A program made the translations under genes and the position numbers. Of a stretch of DNA of 64,000 nt, positions 50,201 through 60,633 are shown piece by piece. The notes below the pieces were generated by a model that was given only the letters and a program-made list of their open reading frames with translations, ran no database searches and was not told the DNA's origin. The DNA lies in NCBI GenBank assembly GCA_020891255.1, contig BQFW01000005.1, positions 1,302,001 to 1,366,000 on the forward strand. Direction: 5' to 3'. The DNA comes from Entomortierella parvispora E1425 (taxonomy: Eukaryota; Fungi; Mortierellomycota). Position 1 is the first letter of the stretch, and each line of letters starts with the position of its first letter.

Positions 50201-50555
50201 GGGGCATGCAATGGAGCAGGAGGCAAGAGGACAAACGCGGGAAGCGCGGTGGCGGGATGCGCGGCGGCGGGAAGGCGGGAAAAAAATGAAAACAGGAACA
50301 CAAACTATTTTGTGCAACCAAGTGGCTTGAATTTGAACTGGGAACAAAAGTGGTGGCAAAAAATTCCCACTCCCATCCTTCCTTCACCAGGATTCTTAAA
50401 AGACACGCCTTTCTTCCCAACTTCCTTCTGCTCTGTCGCTCCTTCTGACCTCCCCTCTTCCACCCACCCTCCCAACCACCCACATATTTTTTTATACACC
50501 TTTACTTCCTCGCTCAATCCCTGGTTGCCCTTTATCTTCCGCCGGGCCTTTTGCT

Positions 50556-53500
50556 ATGGGCGTCCCTTTCTTATGGCCGTTCGTCAAGAAGAAGGGATAC
50601 TTCCCCGACGTTCTTTCCAACTGCCCCCAGCATTCTCGGCCCCCGAATACAACCTTTCATGTCGATATTTTGGGCTCAATGTACCCTCTCATTCGCCGCA
50701 CATTCCTCAAACACGACCCAGTGATGGCCAATTCCATCTTCGAGATGAAGCTCCGGTCTCTTAAATTTCCTCCAGCAACGACTCTTCTCTATATGGACGG
50801 ACCATCCCCAGAGGAGAAACGCGCAACAAGAGCCTTGCGTGAGGCTCGTTGCTCAACATCCCTGACGAAAGCGGACTCGCTGTTGCATGAGATGGAGGAT
50901 ATGTTTCGGCAGAAAAAGAAGCTCAAGAAACAGCAATTCAGGAAACTCAACAAAGGGCTTAACGCAGCATTTTATCTCTCTGCCGACCTTCGCGAGTCGC
51001 TTGCTCAATTCTTAATAGCAAAGGGCTGGAGTGTCATTCAATGTCCATCAGAGGCTGACATCCAGATTGCACTCAATTGCCGCACTGAGGATATTGTTGT
51101 CTCTGGTGACAGTGATAGTCTCGTCCATCTTTCTTCGATCACTACAATTTGGAGGCCACTTGCCAGGGGAGGATACCTTGAGTACGACGTCCCGAAGCTG
51201 TTAATACATTTGCAGCTAACCAGGGCGGGTCTCACAGCTCTTGGTGTTGTTTGTCGGAACGACTACTCCTGCAATTTGAAGCAAATGGGCATAGTCACCA
51301 ACTATGAGGTCCTCCAATCATTGCGTGACAAAGGTAACATCTGTTCTATGTACTTTTGGTCCCTCCCACCAATGCATTGCCATGATGGATGCCTTAGTAC
51401 CAACTAACAGCCCTATTTTGTGAAGACCCCCCATTAGATGTCAACGAATTGATTCGTGCCTATTTGACCCATCCGGAGGTGATCATTAAGGATCCTGGCA
51501 ATTCATATTTCGACTCGGCCCTGAAGGTATTTGCCCGACAAGAATTTACCTTTTGGGATCAAACTCTGCTGCCCCAAGCCTGTTATGAGGATACGATGAA
51601 TCAGCCGCGTTCTTCCCCGTCTCTGACAGAAATAACTGCGAGGCTGAGAAGTTTGCAGAGCCAACTCAAGACTGTTAGGAGTGAAGGGTATGGACTTTCT
51701 TCATTTCACTCAGCACTTCAGCACTTGAAAGCAAGACTGTGTTCTCCAGTCACTAACAAGGTATCATTATCGTCTTCTAGGTCCTCTTCCAACCTGCCCG
51801 TCGCCCATACTGGCGATATTGAGTATAAGTTTAATCGGTACAACACTGTCGACAGTCAACCTGCAATTTCGCCATCTCCTCACGCGTCTGGCAGGAAATA
51901 CAAATATCGCCAGCGGTACGCCATCAAAACGAGGTCCCGCATCATTGAGCACGACCCCCCAGATGTTCTGAAGCAGTACACTTTAAAGCCGTGGACAGAA
52001 CCTCCCCCTCGACCTGTGCTTCCCACCACAACGAAATCAAGCGAGAGTGTGACAAAAGATCCGCCTAATTTCCGGACAATGGATAAGATGCGGCTTGTCA
52101 AGGAGCTCCAGCGGCAACATCCCCTTCGAGTCATGGATGTAGGCACTCTAAACGCGAATGTCACTCGAGCTCTACAAAGGACGTTGCTTCCTGCGTCACA
52201 TTTGCCTCGAATTAAGACCTGCTTGTCAAATGTTGCACGATTGGCGACAGCGACGAAGAGGGCATGCCAGCTAGCAATAGGGCAATACTTGGAGACCCTG
52301 TCTATGGATAATCTTGACAAGAATGACAAGCTTATCCTTGGCATGTTGTGCAAGCCCTTCGTTGCCGGAGACAAGCTTCCTGCTGAGGGATCTGCTTTGG
52401 AAGACAACGAGGATCCAGGAGAACGCAATGAGCTCAATACGACCAGCGTCGAGGCAGATGACGAGATGTTTAAGAAGAACAAGTCTCTCCAGTTTTTTCT
52501 TGTCACTTCTGTCGAGCATTTACAACTCGGAACCTCCGAAAATGTCACAGACAGCAAGATTGGCTGCATTTAAGGCCAAATACAAGCCTCATTCGACCGA
52601 TCAATCGTCTTCCACCGATCAATTGTCTTACACCGACCAAACGTCTTCCAGCGACCAAACACCCTCGGTTGAGCAAAAAAACACCGCATCGAACGCTGAC
52701 AAGGCAAAGGTGAAGAAAGAAAAAGGGGGACTCGGATTCAGTGTGTGCGGTTCGCGAATTCCTGATCAAAGCAAAGGACTTCTTGCCTCCGCAGAATGGC
52801 AATGGTAAATTTGATGTCATCAAGTGCTTACTATGACTAAATGGTTTGTCTGCATGTGCCTGAGCGTCTCTATTCTCTATCTAACATGTTATCGTTTGGT
52901 CTCCTCGTCCTCATATCGATAGCGGCAGGGCCATATCCTTCTTCTTCTGTTCTTCAATCAACTGCGCTGAATCTTACTATTGAGTATATGAAGCACTACA
53001 AACATGGCTCTCTTGATCTTTGCAAAAAGGTAACAATAATAGTCTGCGCCTGCTGCCGATTTCGGGTTAATATTTCTTTCTCTCAAGTATTAATGACCTC
53101 CTCGCGTGCTCCTATTCAGATTCGTGCTCTTAAGAAGAAGGGTATACTGCCTCCGAACACGGTGGACAATATCGATTTGAAGCTATCTCCAGTGGAGAAC
53201 TTCATCATCCTAAACCGAATCACAGGGTCCAAACGATGTGTTACCCCGATATCACCTATGGACAGCACGTTTGTTAACATCTCAGAGCTTGACTTGATAA
53301 AGCTCTTCTGGCAGGACCAGGCCTTGAAAGAACAGTTGCAGAAATTCGCCTTCCATACGGTTAACGTCCATCGATTCGAGAAAATCACCCAAGATGTTGT
53401 TGCGATGTGGCTAGGATATTCCAAGCCTGGCCTACTCATCAACAGCCTCTTGTCCGACATCGGGGGATACAGCGCGGAAGAGAGAAAAAAGAAGAGGAGC

Positions 53501-54898
53501 TTCTCAAGGTCAGCAAGGACCATGTCACTTCCAGAAGTTATGACTCATCTGAGCAACATATCTCAAGCGACCTTCGATCCCAAGACCTATGCCGCCAACG
53601 GATATCTCCTACGAGGGTCGATTAGGACAGATGGATTCCGTCTTCAAGTACTTGGGTTCAAACTCAACGAGCTGAATTGTGTGAAGTACCGCCGTCTTGC
53701 TCCAGAGAAGCTACCTGACCGCATTGCCTCTACTTTGGGTGGGTTGGATTACTATCTGACGGAGATCAGGAATGTCGTCAAATCCAAGGAAGATGTCCAC
53801 CGACTCTGGGGCGATGGCGTCGATCCTGAGAAGATCAAAATATTGGGAATCGACTTAGGACAGGCCTTCGTTGTTGGGGCTAGTGCTATCTTACCTTCAC
53901 AAGGTGGAGCAACTGCCATTCCTGCGAAGCAGCGTTTTTTCAACCTGTCCGTAAAGCAAAAGGCCGTATACCAACCTGTCTTTAGACACAGAAGCTGGCT
54001 AGAGCATAGGAAAAAAAAAACTTTGGGAGGAACACTGTCGGTTGCCGACTTGGAATCGAGTCTACCACCTGTTCGTGGTCCAGAGGCATCTATCAAGGAT
54101 TACGTCCAGCATTTGAAAGAAAAGGGTGCCCCGCTCGAACAGTTTTATGACAATGTCGTTCTGAAAAAACACAGATGGAACGCCCAGAAAGCCAAGGTGG
54201 AAGAATATAGGCTTATCGCAAACCAACTTTTGAGTCTTGTTGGAGGGTCATTGGGATCAAAAAGAGATCCCGAAAACAAGGTTGTCATTGGTATTGGTCT
54301 TGGTGACTTCTCCTCGACAATGAGATTGTCCTCCCTCCATGGGACCTTTCAGTCATACTTTGTCCAAAAGGTATAGTGCTCTGGTCCTTTTTTATTTTTT
54401 TTTATTTTTCATATCATTATATCAAGTTTAACATCAATTGCTTTCTAGGCACGGTCGCTTGGATACATAGTGGTTGGTGTTAACGAGTATTACACCTCCA
54501 AAAAGTGTCCGGGCTGTGAAAACTTCGTCGGCCAAGTGAACATTCGACGGCTGTACTGTTCCTACTGTAAGACCTACTTTCACAGAGATGTGATGGGTGG
54601 GCACAACATAGCGAATGTTGTTCAGGGGCATATTACCAAACAGCAACGGCCTCGTTACCTTCAACCTGTGGATGCAGAAGGGAAATATCCGTGGGAGGAT
54701 GGTCGTGGGGGCAGACGTGCTACGGTGCTCAGCGCACAGAGGGTACCTTCTTCCCCCGAAGCCACACTAAGTGTCAAATCCACGGCTCGCGGAGTCAAAC
54801 GAAAGGCGCCACTCAATTGGTCAGAGGGAGGACAGGATCAAGTCAAACGACAAATGGAGAATGACCCCGATCAAGTCAAGCGAGAAGCAGAGGAGTAG
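50556..54898 (+). CDS. FEN1/XPG-type PIN nuclease fused to Fanzor1 (TnpB-like RNA-guided RuvC nuclease), ~1,310 aa; two +1 homopolymer frameshifts as assembled
   Basis: Model join(50556..51333,51438..52804,52923..53029,53120..54370,54449..54898); splice phases agree after removing one T in 52493-52498 and one G in 52725-52729 (exon 3 may start at 52929). PIN: MGVPFLW, HVDILG, YMDG, PSEAD, SGDSD, RNDY. Fanzor: IRTDG, ILGIDLGQ (RuvC-I D), VIGIGLGDF, VNEYYTSKKCPGC (RuvC-II E), CSYC, HRDVMGGHNI (RuvC-III D). Confidence 0.88.
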
Positions 54899-55093
54899 AT
54901 ACTTATTTTAGTCAGTCCATTTTGTGTATCAGCAAATACATCGGGCTGAGTTTGGGAAGTGGCGGGGTCTGTGCGATGCGTCATCTTCGGTGACGTGTCA
55001 AATAGATTCAATTGTGCCACTTCCGTGTGGCATTGGAAAAAAGTTGTCAAGATTTTTGCCCATTTTGGCGTGACAACCAATTGATGATCCACC
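54899..55093 (+). ncRNA. Putative Fanzor omega RNA scaffold
   Basis: Directly downstream of the Fanzor stop. Hairpins at 54924-54941, 54979-54995 (C-UUCG-G loop), 55015-55032 (6-bp perfect stem) and 55043-55077 (7-bp stem); closing helix TCAATTG 55008-55014 with CAATTGA 55078-55084. Confidence 0.55.
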
Positions 55094-55670
55094 TTATTAT
55101 ATTATAGGCGCACATCGCGTGATGTCACCGCATTTCTGTTACACCTTCCCCTTTTAAAAAAAAGATACCATGCTGCTGCTTGAAGGTTGTGACCATGTCC
55201 GTGCAATTGTCCAAGTTGCTGACTGGGAGCCATTCATCAGCCTCGTTGCCGTAGCCCTTGAATGAACCAAGAATTGGTGTTGTCTGCGGTAAAACGGTAT
55301 TTTAAAATTTCGTCCACCTCGCACTCTTCTTCGCCGTCGATCAGTGTGGTTTCGGGAGGTGCTACGACTCGAGTGCCAAGGGGTTCAACAGGGGATGGCA
55401 AATAGGGACGGAAAGTAGCGACATGGAAGACGTCGTGAATCTTGTATAACTATGGCAGCTTAACGCGGAAGGTGACAGGTGAGTGCTGCTCCAAAAGTGT
55501 AAAAAGACAAAGGAGCTGGGGACGCAACTTGTCAGCTATTCTGACATTGTCGGCCGGGATGGTAATGTTGGTGGCACGCAACAGAATCTTATCACAAACT
55601 TTGTACTTGTGATTCGATATTGCCCGAATTTTCTGATGATCTCTGAAATGTTTAGTGCCTGGAAGCCAAG
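55094..55670 (-). mobile_element. Truncated, degraded Ty3/Gypsy chromovirus fragment (integrase C-terminus, chromodomain, PPT, start of 3' LTR)
   Basis: Colinear with ~62660-63260. PPT AAAAGGGGAAGG (55144-55155, minus) followed by TGTAACAG at 55143. Chromodomain frame is disrupted. Confidence 0.88.
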
Positions 55671-55859
55671 GAGACGAAGGAGGTTTAATCGGCAGATATG
55701 ACTAGCATCTTTAATATGAGAATAGTAATAGTGACTACAGTCCTCCTCCATCTCTGTCAACAGAATACTGTATAAAGTAGGATGAGCTACGGCTGTGGAT
55801 GTTACCATAGACTCGCACGCAGATCTCATCCAAATCGGAGAGTTGAACCATTTATCTGT

Positions 55860-56444
55860 TTACATTTGACACGCCAATCCGTGAGCATATCCACAGCATC
55901 CACCAAAGTAGTTATCGGCTAGGCAACAAGTTTGAGTGGTGTCAACCTCTCCTAGTTTTCTTCCTCCGGTCTTGCTTCGGAGTCTTCGTGTTTTGCTGAT
56001 TCCGACCGGTCTTACATAGTCAGCCCAAGGGTTATGTTCTTCAGCATAAGCGTAACCGTAATTATATGCATTGGCCTCTGGAGAGTTCGGCCCGTAAACT
56101 GCCTCAGGATCAGTTGTGCCAGTATCACAAGGTAATCTCCAACTATGATAAATCGCGATAGCAGTCATGACAGATGGCTTGACGAAGCACAGAAGTGTTG
56201 AACAAAATGCAACTGCCCCCGCGCCACAAAGAGGAGTATTTTGAACACCGACTTGCAAAGTACAGGCTCCTCCTATGGCCGTCGAACAGGATATAAGGTT
56301 GGAGGCCTTGCATGCTGTCGCCAGCTCATGAGGCTTATGACCACCAGGTGTAGTGGCGTTGTGGCCAGACATCAGAGTCGTATTGTGGCTAGATGCCTCT
56401 GTCAGCGAGAGAACTGTGACAATAGCCAGTATCTTGAACAACAT
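55860..56444 (-). CDS. Secreted small cysteine-rich protein / peptide precursor (194 aa, 12 Cys)
   Basis: ATG ORF with signal peptide MLFKILAIVTVLSLTEA, a 6-Cys segment, basic linker KTRRLRSKTGGRKL and C-terminal CC..CC..C segment. Confidence 0.7.
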   Translation of the reverse strand: MLFKILAIVTVLSLTEASSHNTTLMSGHNATTPGGHKPHELATACKASNLISCSTAIGGACTLQVGVQNTPLCGAGAVAFCSTLLCFVKPSVMTAIAIYHSWRLPCDTGTTDPEAVYGPNSPEANAYNYGYAYAEEHNPWADYVRPVGISKTRRLRSKTGGRKLGEVDTTQTCCLADNYFGGCCGYAHGLACQM

Positions 56445-57531
56445 GAAAGCGATACCTAAAGAAGAAAAGTGAGGTTAGATAGAGTTAGATACCGAAGAAA
56501 CAGCTGCATGCAGAATCAGATAAAACTGAATACTATGTACTTTGGGAAGGGTTTGGAGAAGATGTAGAATTTTTGGACAATGGGTCCATGACTATTTATA
56601 TTAATTCTGGAGTTACTCTGGAGTTACTGTAAATTGTACTCGTTGGTGAGTTTCTTTTTCACACCCTGACAACTAACTGTGGTGGAGAACGCACTCTGTC
56701 CTGTATAGAGGTGTCTAGCCAGTTCTCCTTACTTGTCGTTCAGCTGTGCTCTAGCTCTTTAAGGTTCAGGGGGTGAAGTTTAAGGTTCAGAGGTACATGG
56801 GCGCGTTCACAGCGATATGTGAAGACACTTCCCAAAGACGCGTCTATTTGTCGGCCCTTCCGTCAGAGAAGACACACAAACAAAAGCAAACCACAAGGAT
56901 GGGTGGATGGAAAAACAAGAGCATCGGATAACAACCAATAGCGGTCAAGCGGAACTACTTTTTCTGGGGTGCTCTGCTACCTTTCAATTACTTCAAATTA
57001 GCGATTCGTCCACAAAGTTCCCAGAGGGGTCTATTTGTTGGCCGTCTGACGGATACCGATGAAATTTTAGGTGCCTGTTGGTCGGTCTGTACTGCAACTC
57101 CTCGCCCGCTACCCTACGCCCTCGTTGTTGAATCTATGTAACCCGTTTTGAATGAGCAGCGTTTGGGGGGAAAAGATTGCGGTATTCTATTCATCACGCA
57201 GCTAAGGGTAACATGTTTACTTGTCGTCTGTGTTCTTCAATCAACTCGACTTAACGATGGGCAAAAAAAAGGGTGGCAGACCCCTGGAGACAAACACACA
57301 AGAGAATCGGATAACGGCAGAACGGGATTTGTCTGTTTGTTGACAGCAATGTACACAACATTCAAGCAGGCACAAAAATATAACACAGATAACAGGACAG
57401 AACTGATGGCTGTTTTGGGTCACATGCGTTTCTCACGCGTAGGGAGAGAGCGGCATCGCGGAAGTGTCTATTTGTCGTCCGATCCGACATCTCCTTGTCG
57501 TCTGATGCTCCTATTTGTCGTCCAGATTTCT

Positions 57532-57603
57532 GCACCGCGCCCTGGTCATGCACCGCGCCCTGGTCATGCACCGCGCCCTGGTCATGCACCGCGTCCTGGT
57601 TAT
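57532..57603. repeat. 18-bp minisatellite GCACCGCGCCCTGGTCAT x4 inside the MITE TIR
   Basis: Four units here; five units, inverted, at 60472-60561. Confidence 0.92.
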
Positions 57604-57903
57604 CCACTGCAAGGAGTAGGCTGTAGCATCAATGAGGATGAGGAGTGGAACGTGTCTACTTGTCGTCTGGTAAGAGAGCCCCTTCCTTGTCGTCGCAATT
57701 ATTGGCCGTTCCTACAGTCCACACCCACATCGAGTGAAAAATTTCAGTCGATGTGGGTGTGGACTGTACTGTGGGAGAGCCTCAATCCGCAAAGACACAC
57801 GAAACGATCAAGCTTAGGAAGTTCAACACGAGAAATGCAATTGCGTCCGTGGATAAAAAGATATTGACCGACGGTTTCATGGAACTTCTGGTTTCATGGA
57901 ACT

Positions 57904-58016
<113 letters not shown>

Positions 58017-58267
58017 GGTGTTCCCAGGAGTGGTCTTATGATCAAGCTCAGTCGATAATCGATCGCGCCCTGGTCTAGCTAGTCTAATAGACACGTTCCA
58101 CTCCTCGTCCTCATTGATGCTATAGCCTACTCATTGCAGTGGATAACCAGGGCGCGGTGCATGGGCACGGCGCATGACCAGGGCACGGTGCAGAAATCTG
58201 GACGACAAATAAGAGCATCGGACGACAAGGAAGGAGATGTCGAATCGGACGACAAATAGACACTTCC

Positions 58268-58396
58268 AATAGTATAAGTTCAATAATAAAAAAACGCCTC
58301 TATGACCTTCGTGCGAGCATTCTCCCTCTCTATATACGATCCGAACACAATCCCACTGACGAGCTGAGTCGCCTCCGGCTTCCTCATTTTAATTGA
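58268..58396 (+). pseudogene. Fragment resembling the RNase H C-terminus of a DIRS/Ngaro-type retroelement (second copy 62404-62532, minus)
   Basis: Reads SIIKKRLYDLRASILPLYIRSEHNPTDELSRL*, similar to the retroelement RNase H end motif (I.S..N.AD.LSR); cut off exactly at the MITE end. Confidence 0.5.
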
Positions 58397-58513
58397 ATGA
58401 CATCAGAGTAGAACTAAAGCAAAAAATGCAAAACACTGGAATAAAAGAGGCTGCTCAGTTTTCAAATTGAAGTATTTCTTGGTTTGCGGATCGTTGCACT
58501 TCTCTAATTCAAA

Positions 58514-59198
58514 TTACTTACAAACAGCTCGTGTCCTTCGGGATCCCACAAAGAGGGGTCTTTCAGTTCCAATAATCTTGTATAGGATAATGAGAAAGTA
58601 GGTAATGTGGACCAAAGGATATGTGTAAAAACTGTAGGCCATGTGATGGTATTGCTCCGCAAAAACAAGCGAGATAATGACATCCAACGGAAGAAGAAGG
58701 AATATTCGAATTCTCCACGTCTCTGAACCGTCATAATCTTCTGGAAAGACAATTACAGAGATTATGATGGCTCCTACCACGCACATGAATAAAAAGGAAG
58801 GTAGTTGAATGCGAAACTTGCGGCAATATTCAATCGACCGATGTTATTTGATGAGCGGAGTGGTAATATGGTATCATTTCCTGCTCAAAGTTACGCGGAC
58901 TTACCACTGTGCAAATTGCGACAAAGGCGTAACTTGAAATTAAGAGTGTAAAATGAAAATCAAGCGTATCGTCTGCTTCACACGAAAACCATTGGTATAT
59001 GACCACAATGGTACACATGATAGTGAAAAGAGTGGTCGAATAGCTAGGATAGTGCGGGAGCCATGAGCCTCCATGTCCATTCGTTGAGGGGGAGCTCACT
59101 AATGTTATGATCTCATGTCCTGATTTGAGATCTAGGTGTGAGGAAAGAAGAATGAAAAGAGCAGCTGCATTGGTGACTTTTTTAACTGACGGTTTCAT
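58514..59198 (-). CDS. Possible small spliced multi-pass membrane protein gene (inverted second copy ~61602-62286, plus)
   Basis: Hydrophobic ORF segments separated by GTGAGC/GTAAGT-type donors and a TATA-like element upstream of the ATG; exon model not resolved. Confidence 0.3.
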
Positions 59199-59953
59199 GT
59201 TTGAGGTGGGATAAAGCGAGGGGGAGCTGTACAGATGGACCTCAGTTATATACACGTTCTATTCAGTAGATTTGTGAGCGACCAGGCAAACTTCTTTTCA
59301 TTTCATTTCTGCCTCTCTGTTGACACTGTGTCAGAACAGCCATGCAAACTTTCTTTTCCCTTTTTTTTTCTCCCATATCTTGCGGCCGGATATGTCTGTG
59401 TTGTTGGTCGGCGCCAGCAGCTCCTTATTTGTCGTTCAGCTGTGCTCTAGCTCTTTAAAGTTCAGAGGTACATGGGCGCATTCGCAGCGATATGTGAAGA
59501 CACTTCCCAAAGACGCGTCCATTTGTCGGCTCTTTCGTCAGAGAAGACCCACAAACAAGAGCAAACCACATGGATGGGCAGATGGAAAAAACAAGAGCAT
59601 CGGATAACAACCAACAGCGGTCAAGCCGGACGACTTCTGAGGTGCTCTGCTGGACGCATGTATTTGTCTGCCGACCCCGGCATCTCCTTATTTGCCGTGC
59701 AGTTGTGCTAGCTTGAACAACAAGGTTCAGGGGTAAATTTCAAAATAAAGTTCAGAGGCACATGGACATTTTACGGACACTTCTATTTGTCGGGCCTTCC
59801 GTCAGAGACGACAAACAAATAAGATGGAAAAGCAAGAGCATCGGACAACAATCAATAGCGGTCAAGCGGGACTACTTCTGGGGTGCTCTGCTACCTTCCA
59901 ATTACTTCAAACTGGCGAATCGCCCACTGACAAAGTTCCCTATAGCGATACCG

Positions 59954-60633
59954 GGAAGTGTCTATTTGTCGTCCGATTCGACATCTCCTTCCTTGTCATC
60001 CGATGCTCTTATTTGTCGTCCAGATTTCTGCACCGTGCCCTGGTCATGCGCCGTGCCCATGCACCGCGCCCTGGTTATCCACTGCAAAGAGTAGGCTATA
60101 GCATCAATGAGGACGAGGAGTGGAACGTGTCTATTAGACTAGCTAGACCAGGGCGCCGATCGATTATCGACTGAGCTTGATCATAAGACCACTCCTGGGA
60201 ACACCCTCTATCTCTCTCTCTCTCTCAGTTCCATGAAACCAGAAGTTCCATGAAACCGTTGGTCAATATCTTTTTATCCACGGACGCAATTGCATTTCTC
60301 GTGTTGAACTTCCTAAGCTTGATCGTTTCGTGTGTCTTTGCGGATTGACGCTCTCCCACAGTAGGAACGGCCAATAATTGCGACGACAAGGAAGGGGCTC
60401 TCTTACCAGACGACAAGTAGACATTTCCACTCCTCATCCTCATTGATGCTACAGCCTACTCCTTGCAGTGGATAACCAGGACGCGGTGCATGACCAGGGC
60501 GCGGTGCATGACCAGGACGCGGTGCATGACCAGGGCGCGGTGCATGACCAGGGCGCGGTGCAGAAATCTGGACGACAAATAGGAGCATCAGACGACAAGG
60601 AGATGTCGGATCGGACGACAAATAGACACTTCC
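59954..60633. mobile_element. MITE copy 2 with 9-bp target-site duplication (MULE-type)
   Basis: GGAAGTGTCTA at 59954 to TAGACACTTCC at 60633; flanks GCGATACCG (59945-59953) and GCGATGCCG (60634-60642), 8/9 identical. Confidence 0.85.

Larger units (their letters stand above)
47200..55093. mobile_element. Mutator-like (MULE) DNA transposon carrying a PIN-Fanzor cargo gene; boundaries approximate
   Basis: Head-to-head MULE transposase and PIN-Fanzor genes 355 bp apart. Inverted subterminal match 47273-47298 vs 55002-55027 (22/26). No TSD identified. Confidence 0.7.

Noticed and set aside
50556-51407. Housekeeping FEN1/EXO1/RAD2 repair gene
   Set aside because: The frame continues through a phase-consistent intron into a long region ending in a RuvC-Zn finger, and it sits head-to-head with a transposase.
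53120-54898. Bacterial TnpB/Cas12 or IS200/IS605 contamination
   Set aside because: GT-AG introns with branch points, Fanzor-type Glu position, no TnpA or CRISPR array, and fungal context.
57532-57603. CRISPR-like array
   Set aside because: Contiguous 18-bp units without spacers, inside a MITE TIR of a eukaryotic genome.
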